Positions 7,449 through 9,831 of a DNA stretch of 9,831 nt are shown here, piece after piece. This DNA comes from a virus. Taxonomy: Duplodnaviria; Heunggongvirae; Uroviricota; Caudoviricetes. Under the pieces are notes generated by a model. It saw only the letters and a list, made by a program, of their open reading frames with translations. It searched no databases and had not been told where the DNA came from. The DNA lies in the IMG/VR virus record IMGVR_UViG_2602041644_000006, positions 1 through 9,831 of that record; one strand, given 5' to 3'. How positions within the stretch are numbered: the first letter of the stretch is position 1; the number at the start of each line of letters is the position of its first letter. The position numbers and the translations under genes were made by a program.

Positions 7449-7463
7449 GCAAAAGGAAAAGAA

Positions 7464-7898
7464 ATGTCCGGTAATATCTACACGCTATACAAATCCCACT
7501 GTGAAAATGTTGGAAAGTATCGGGGCATTGAAATCAGTGGGGTAGTGTCATCAGTCGAAATAAGCAAAGTTGAATCAAGGGCAACATTACTTACTCTTTT
7601 GGACCTTGTCTTACATGAGCACCGGAAGAAATTCGGCACTCCCTATAATCAGTTGAATGGGAAAAAGGCTCTGGTTCACCTTATTCTGATGAAGCATCAC
7701 TGGATGCCAAAACAGATTAATGAGATGAAATTTGATGAACTTCTTCTTTCAATTCAGGATGAACTCACACTTGATAAAATAAGCGTAACCGCCCAGAAAT
7801 TTTTAGATTATCGAGACTGGAGATCACAAATTCATCACTTTGATGATTTTGACGAAAATGAATGGGATCCTAATTTGTCTGCACAATATCTAAAGTAA
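7464..7898 (+). CDS. AT-rich opposite-strand gene, 144 aa, unknown function (possible moron)
   Basis: ATG at 7464 preceded by AAAGGAAAAGAA. It is the only plus-strand gene left of cro, visibly more AT-rich than the adjacent leader, and its last 29 nt overlap the 3' end of the convergent 68-aa gene. I recognise no family for the product. Confidence 0.6.
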   Translation: MSGNIYTLYKSHCENVGKYRGIEISGVVSSVEISKVESRATLLTLLDLVLHEHRKKFGTPYNQLNGKKALVHLILMKHHWMPKQINEMKFDELLLSIQDELTLDKISVTAQKFLDYRDWRSQIHHFDDFDENEWDPNLSAQYLK

Positions 7899-8076
7899 CA
7901 TCCTGTGATAAAACCGTGATTTCCTGATCCAGTTTTTTTAAGGAGTCTATTGTTTCCTGTCGATAAGACAGCACTTCACGAAGCTGGTTTATAGCTGCCA
8001 GCTTCTTTGTCATCCACTCATAAATTTCCTCATCTGTGTAGCCAGGCGCGACGATTTTGGGTTCTGTTTTGTGCAT
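7870..8076 (-). CDS. First gene of the leftward early operon, 68 aa, unknown function
   Basis: The track ORF starts on TTG at 8091; the ATG at 8074-8076 has a GAGGAG Shine-Dalgarno 8 nt upstream. It lies downstream of the predicted PL and the boxA-like element. The N-terminus is not arginine-rich, so it is not obviously N-like. Confidence 0.5.
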   Translation of the reverse strand: MHKTEPKIVAPGYTDEEIYEWMTKKLAAINQLREVLSYRQETIDSLKKLDQEITVLSQDVTLDIVQTN

Positions 8077-8120
8077 TTCACATCTCCTCAAGTTATCAGT
8101 TACTTGTTGATGGGGACCAG

Positions 8121-8133
8121 ATTGTTAAAGAGC
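8121..8133 (-). promoter_or_regulatory. rrn-type boxA match (GCTCTTTAACAAT on the minus strand) in the PL leader
   Basis: Matches 13 consecutive bases of the E. coli rrn leader boxA (TGCTCTTTAACAATTTA) as I recall it. It sits directly 3' of a hairpin, in the boxB-then-boxA order of rrn leaders, about 45 nt upstream of the 68-aa gene start. Confidence 0.5.
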
Positions 8134-8134
8134 T

Positions 8135-8160
8135 AAGCGTCCTGTAGGGCGCTTTTTTGT
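8135..8160 (+). terminator. Intrinsic terminator on the plus strand (8-bp stem, UGUA loop, U6 tract); on the minus strand the same hairpin is weaker and has no U-tract
   Basis: AAGCGTCC-TGTA-GGGCGCTT followed by TTTTTTGTT. On the plus strand the stem includes one G-U pair; on the minus strand that position is a C-A mismatch. Positioned to stop plus-strand transcripts from the 144-aa gene before PL and cI. Confidence 0.6.
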
Positions 8161-8241
8161 TGCTAACGAATCATCCTGGACTTCATATGCCCCAGGCGGC
8201 TACTTCGTGGGCGTCCTGCCTGTTCGTTATCTTTGATATAA

Positions 8242-8270
8242 AATCTAACTTAACTTAGTTATTATGGCAA
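8242..8270 (-). promoter_or_regulatory. Candidate PL promoter (-35 TTGCCA, 17-nt spacer, -10 TAGATT) overlapped by an operator
   Basis: Read on the minus strand: TTGCCA (8265-8270), 17 nt, TAGATT (8242-8247). The operator 8245-8258 spans the spacer and -10. It lies directly downstream of the cI stop, the expected position for OL/PL. Confidence 0.4.
8245..8258. promoter_or_regulatory. OL-type operator CTAACTTAACTTAG (CTAA-N6-TTAG family)
   Basis: Same 14-bp dyad pattern as the two sites between cI and cro. Extra CTTAG half-site-like motifs occur at 8281-8294 and 8303-8311. Confidence 0.5.
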
Positions 8271-8323
8271 GAGAAAACACCAAACTTTTCTTAGTTCGGT
8301 GCCTTAGTTAGAGAAGAGAGGTC

Positions 8324-8950
8324 TTAGAGTTCGTATTGAACTCCTTTGACTACACCAATGATAAGGCAATTACCATTGATAGGGATGTTGGGATACCGAG
8401 GATTTAATGGCACTAAAAACTTTTGAGGGCCATCGATGACTAATTTTTTTACTGTAGCTTCGTTTGTTCCATCAAGTCGAGCGATGACTATTTTTCCATG
8501 ACGAGGTTCTGCATCTGGATCTACAATCACTGTTGCGCCTTCTGGTATTGTTGGGAGGCCATTAGGGTTAGTCATGGAGTCACCTTTAACCTCTAATGCA
8601 AATGAGTTATCACCAATCTTTAATGATGTATCTACCCACTTGTCCACTTCACTAAACACTTCTGCTGCCCTGCACTCAGTAAACTGCCCAGCCTGAACCC
8701 ACGATATTACAGGAACTCTGCGCATGTTTGTGACGAGTTTGCCTTCAAACTCAGCACCATAAAGAATGTAATCTATTGACGTATTGAAGAACTTCGCTAA
8801 TTTCGAAAGTGCCTCCCCACCAGGGGTATTGATGTCTTTCTCCCAGTACCCCACAGCAACGTCGCTTACTCCACAAAATTTACCCAATTCTTTCTGGGAC
8901 GTTCCGGTAACTCTTCTCAGAGCTTTTATACGCTGACCAACCGTTTCCAT
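8324..8950 (-). CDS. cI: CI-type prophage repressor (HTH plus LexA-like S24 autopeptidase domain), 208 aa
   Basis: N-terminal helix-turn-helix (QKELGKFCGVSDVAVGYWEKD), an Ala-Gly cleavage-site candidate (VQAGQF), and the Ser/Lys dyad context (GDSMTNP ... TVKKLV). Divergent from a cro-like gene across an operator-rich 97-bp spacer. Confidence 0.9.
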   Translation of the reverse strand: METVGQRIKALRRVTGTSQKELGKFCGVSDVAVGYWEKDINTPGGEALSKLAKFFNTSIDYILYGAEFEGKLVTNMRRVPVISWVQAGQFTECRAAEVFSEVDKWVDTSLKIGDNSFALEVKGDSMTNPNGLPTIPEGATVIVDPDAEPRHGKIVIARLDGTNEATVKKLVIDGPQKFLVPLNPRYPNIPINGNCLIIGVVKGVQYEL

Positions 8951-8972
8951 AGGAGCACCATTTCTTGAATTG

Positions 8973-8986
8973 CTAAGTAATCTTAG
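8973..8986. promoter_or_regulatory. OR-type operator CTAAGTAATCTTAG (perfect CTAAG/CTTAG dyad)
   Basis: 14-bp palindrome in the cI-cro spacer, just upstream of the predicted PR -35. Confidence 0.55.
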
Positions 8987-8992
8987 TTTTTA

Positions 8993-9021
8993 TTGACCAA
9001 AGATAGATTTGTAATTAGCAT
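8993..9021 (+). promoter_or_regulatory. Candidate PR promoter (-35 TTGACC, 17-nt spacer, -10 TAGCAT)
   Basis: TTGACC at 8993-8998 and TAGCAT at 9016-9021, flanked by operators, about 27 nt upstream of the cro start. Confidence 0.45.
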
Positions 9022-9035
9022 CTAACAAAACTTAG
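9022..9035. promoter_or_regulatory. OR-type operator CTAACAAAACTTAG
   Basis: Second CTAA-N6-TTAG site, centred 49 bp from the first and directly after the PR -10, where bound repressor would block PR. Confidence 0.55.
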
Positions 9036-9047
9036 TTTGGAGGGCGT

Positions 9048-9248
9048 ATGACAACTGACGATATCGAAAGCTACTTCGGCAGTATTGAGAAAGTTGCTGC
9101 TTTTTTCGGCATAACAACTGAAGCCGTTTATCAGTGGCGAAACCGTCCGGGCCAGTTAATTCCAAAAGGACGTGCAGCAGAAGCTGCATATAGAACTTGC
9201 GGACGGTTGCCATTTAAACCTGAGCTTTATGAAAAATCTAATGGATAA
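9048..9248 (+). CDS. cro: Cro-like small HTH regulator, 66 aa
   Basis: ATG at 9048 with a GGAGGG Shine-Dalgarno. Divergent from cI, with a helix-turn-helix-like segment (IEKVAAFFGITTEAVYQWRNR). Confidence 0.75.
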   Translation: MTTDDIESYFGSIEKVAAFFGITTEAVYQWRNRPGQLIPKGRAAEAAYRTCGRLPFKPELYEKSNG

Positions 9249-9831
9249 ATCGATTAACAGAAACCACAGAACGATGAGGCTAACCGTGGGTAAGCATCAC
9301 TGGAAAGTAGAAAAACAGCCTGAGTGGTACGTGAAAGCTGTCAGAAAAACTATCGCAGCGTTGCCGGGTGGTTACGCTGAAGCAGCTGACTGGCTGGATG
9401 TAACAGAAAACGCATTATTTAACCGCCTTCGTGCCGATGGCGATCAGATTTTCCCGCTGGGATGGGCAATGATTTTGCAACGTGCTGGTGGAACTCACTT
9501 CATTGCTGACGCTGTGGCGCAGTCTGCAAATGGCGTCTTTGTGTCTCTTCCTGACGTCGAGGATGTGGACAACGCCGATATTAACCAGCGCCTGCTGGAA
9601 GTCATTGAACAGATTGGCAGTTATTCCAGACAGATTCGTTCGGCAATCGAAGACGGTGTGGTGGAACCGCATGAGAAGACAGCAATTAACGAAAAAATGG
9701 TGGAAAGTACGTGTCGAACGTGTAGGTATCCCGATGTTAACAGCCATCCCCCTACTGACATTGCCGCAATTTATTATGCTGCAATACGTCAAAGGGAAAG
9801 CGGAAAGTTGGCCTGGACTGTCATTGTATGA
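9241..9831 (+). CDS. CII-like / YdaT-like regulatory protein downstream of cro (start uncertain)
   Basis: Long ORF right after cro ending in TGA at 9829-9831. In-frame starts are possible at 9172 (inside cro), 9229, 9241 (ATG overlapping the cro stop) and GTG 9286 (with GAGG upstream). Family assignment is by position and general character only. Confidence 0.55.

Larger units (their letters stand above)
6996..7463. other. GC-rich, highly structured non-coding segment; candidate structured RNA or leader
   Basis: No ORF with a ribosome-binding site; short ORFs overlap in several frames, as expected for GC-rich non-coding DNA. Contains the long perfect inverted repeats and direct repeats listed separately. 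Confidence 0.4.

Noticed and set aside
6996-7463. Retron msr-msd interpretation of the inverted-repeat region
   Set aside because: No reverse-transcriptase-like ORF exists anywhere in the window, and the adjacent 144-aa protein is far too small to be one. The repeats are reported as a structured element of unknown type instead.
6807-7545. ORFs 6807..7292 (+), 7093..7380 (-) and 7201..7545 (+) inside the GC-rich segment
   Set aside because: They overlap one another in several frames, lack ribosome-binding sites, and have biased junk-like composition. They are better explained as open frames in GC-rich non-coding DNA.
7870-8076. Calling the 68-aa first PL gene an N-type antiterminator
   Set aside because: It lacks the arginine-rich N-terminal motif of N proteins and I recognise no homology. 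It is left as hypothetical, although its position is N-like.
9022-9792. Minus-strand ORFs 9022..9213 and 9415..9792 antisense to cro and the cII-like gene
   Set aside because: They are antisense to better-supported genes, have no ribosome-binding site, and 9022..9213 would run through the PR/operator region.
1-9831. CRISPR array, transposase or insertion sequence
   Set aside because: No regularly spaced repeat-spacer array and no transposase-like ORF. The only repeats are the two-copy direct repeats and the inverted repeats already described.

Overview
This window reads as the early-left (PL-type) operon and immunity region of a lambdoid prophage from an enterobacterium, with a tyrosine integrase at the left edge and a cI / cro / cII-like switch at the right. 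Between them a tightly packed minus-strand gene chain (3..1314 through 6633..6995) is joined by ATGA/GTGA start-stop overlaps; a 68-aa gene (7870..8076) lies separately at the PL-proximal end. It includes a four-gene block I assign from memory to the E. coli CPS-53 yfdP-yfdQ-yfdR-yfdS cluster (YfdR carries a clear HD-domain motif), plus Ea22-like and DUF551-like accessory genes. The most unusual part is 6996..8160: a GC-rich, ORF-poor segment with long perfect inverted repeats, two direct repeats, and an AT-rich 144-aa gene on the opposite strand (7464..7898) that converges on and overlaps the 68-aa gene. The leader of that 68-aa gene carries an rrn-type boxA match. No tRNA, rRNA, CRISPR array or transposase was seen. 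All calls rest on reading the sequence and on recalled family knowledge; no database search was possible.
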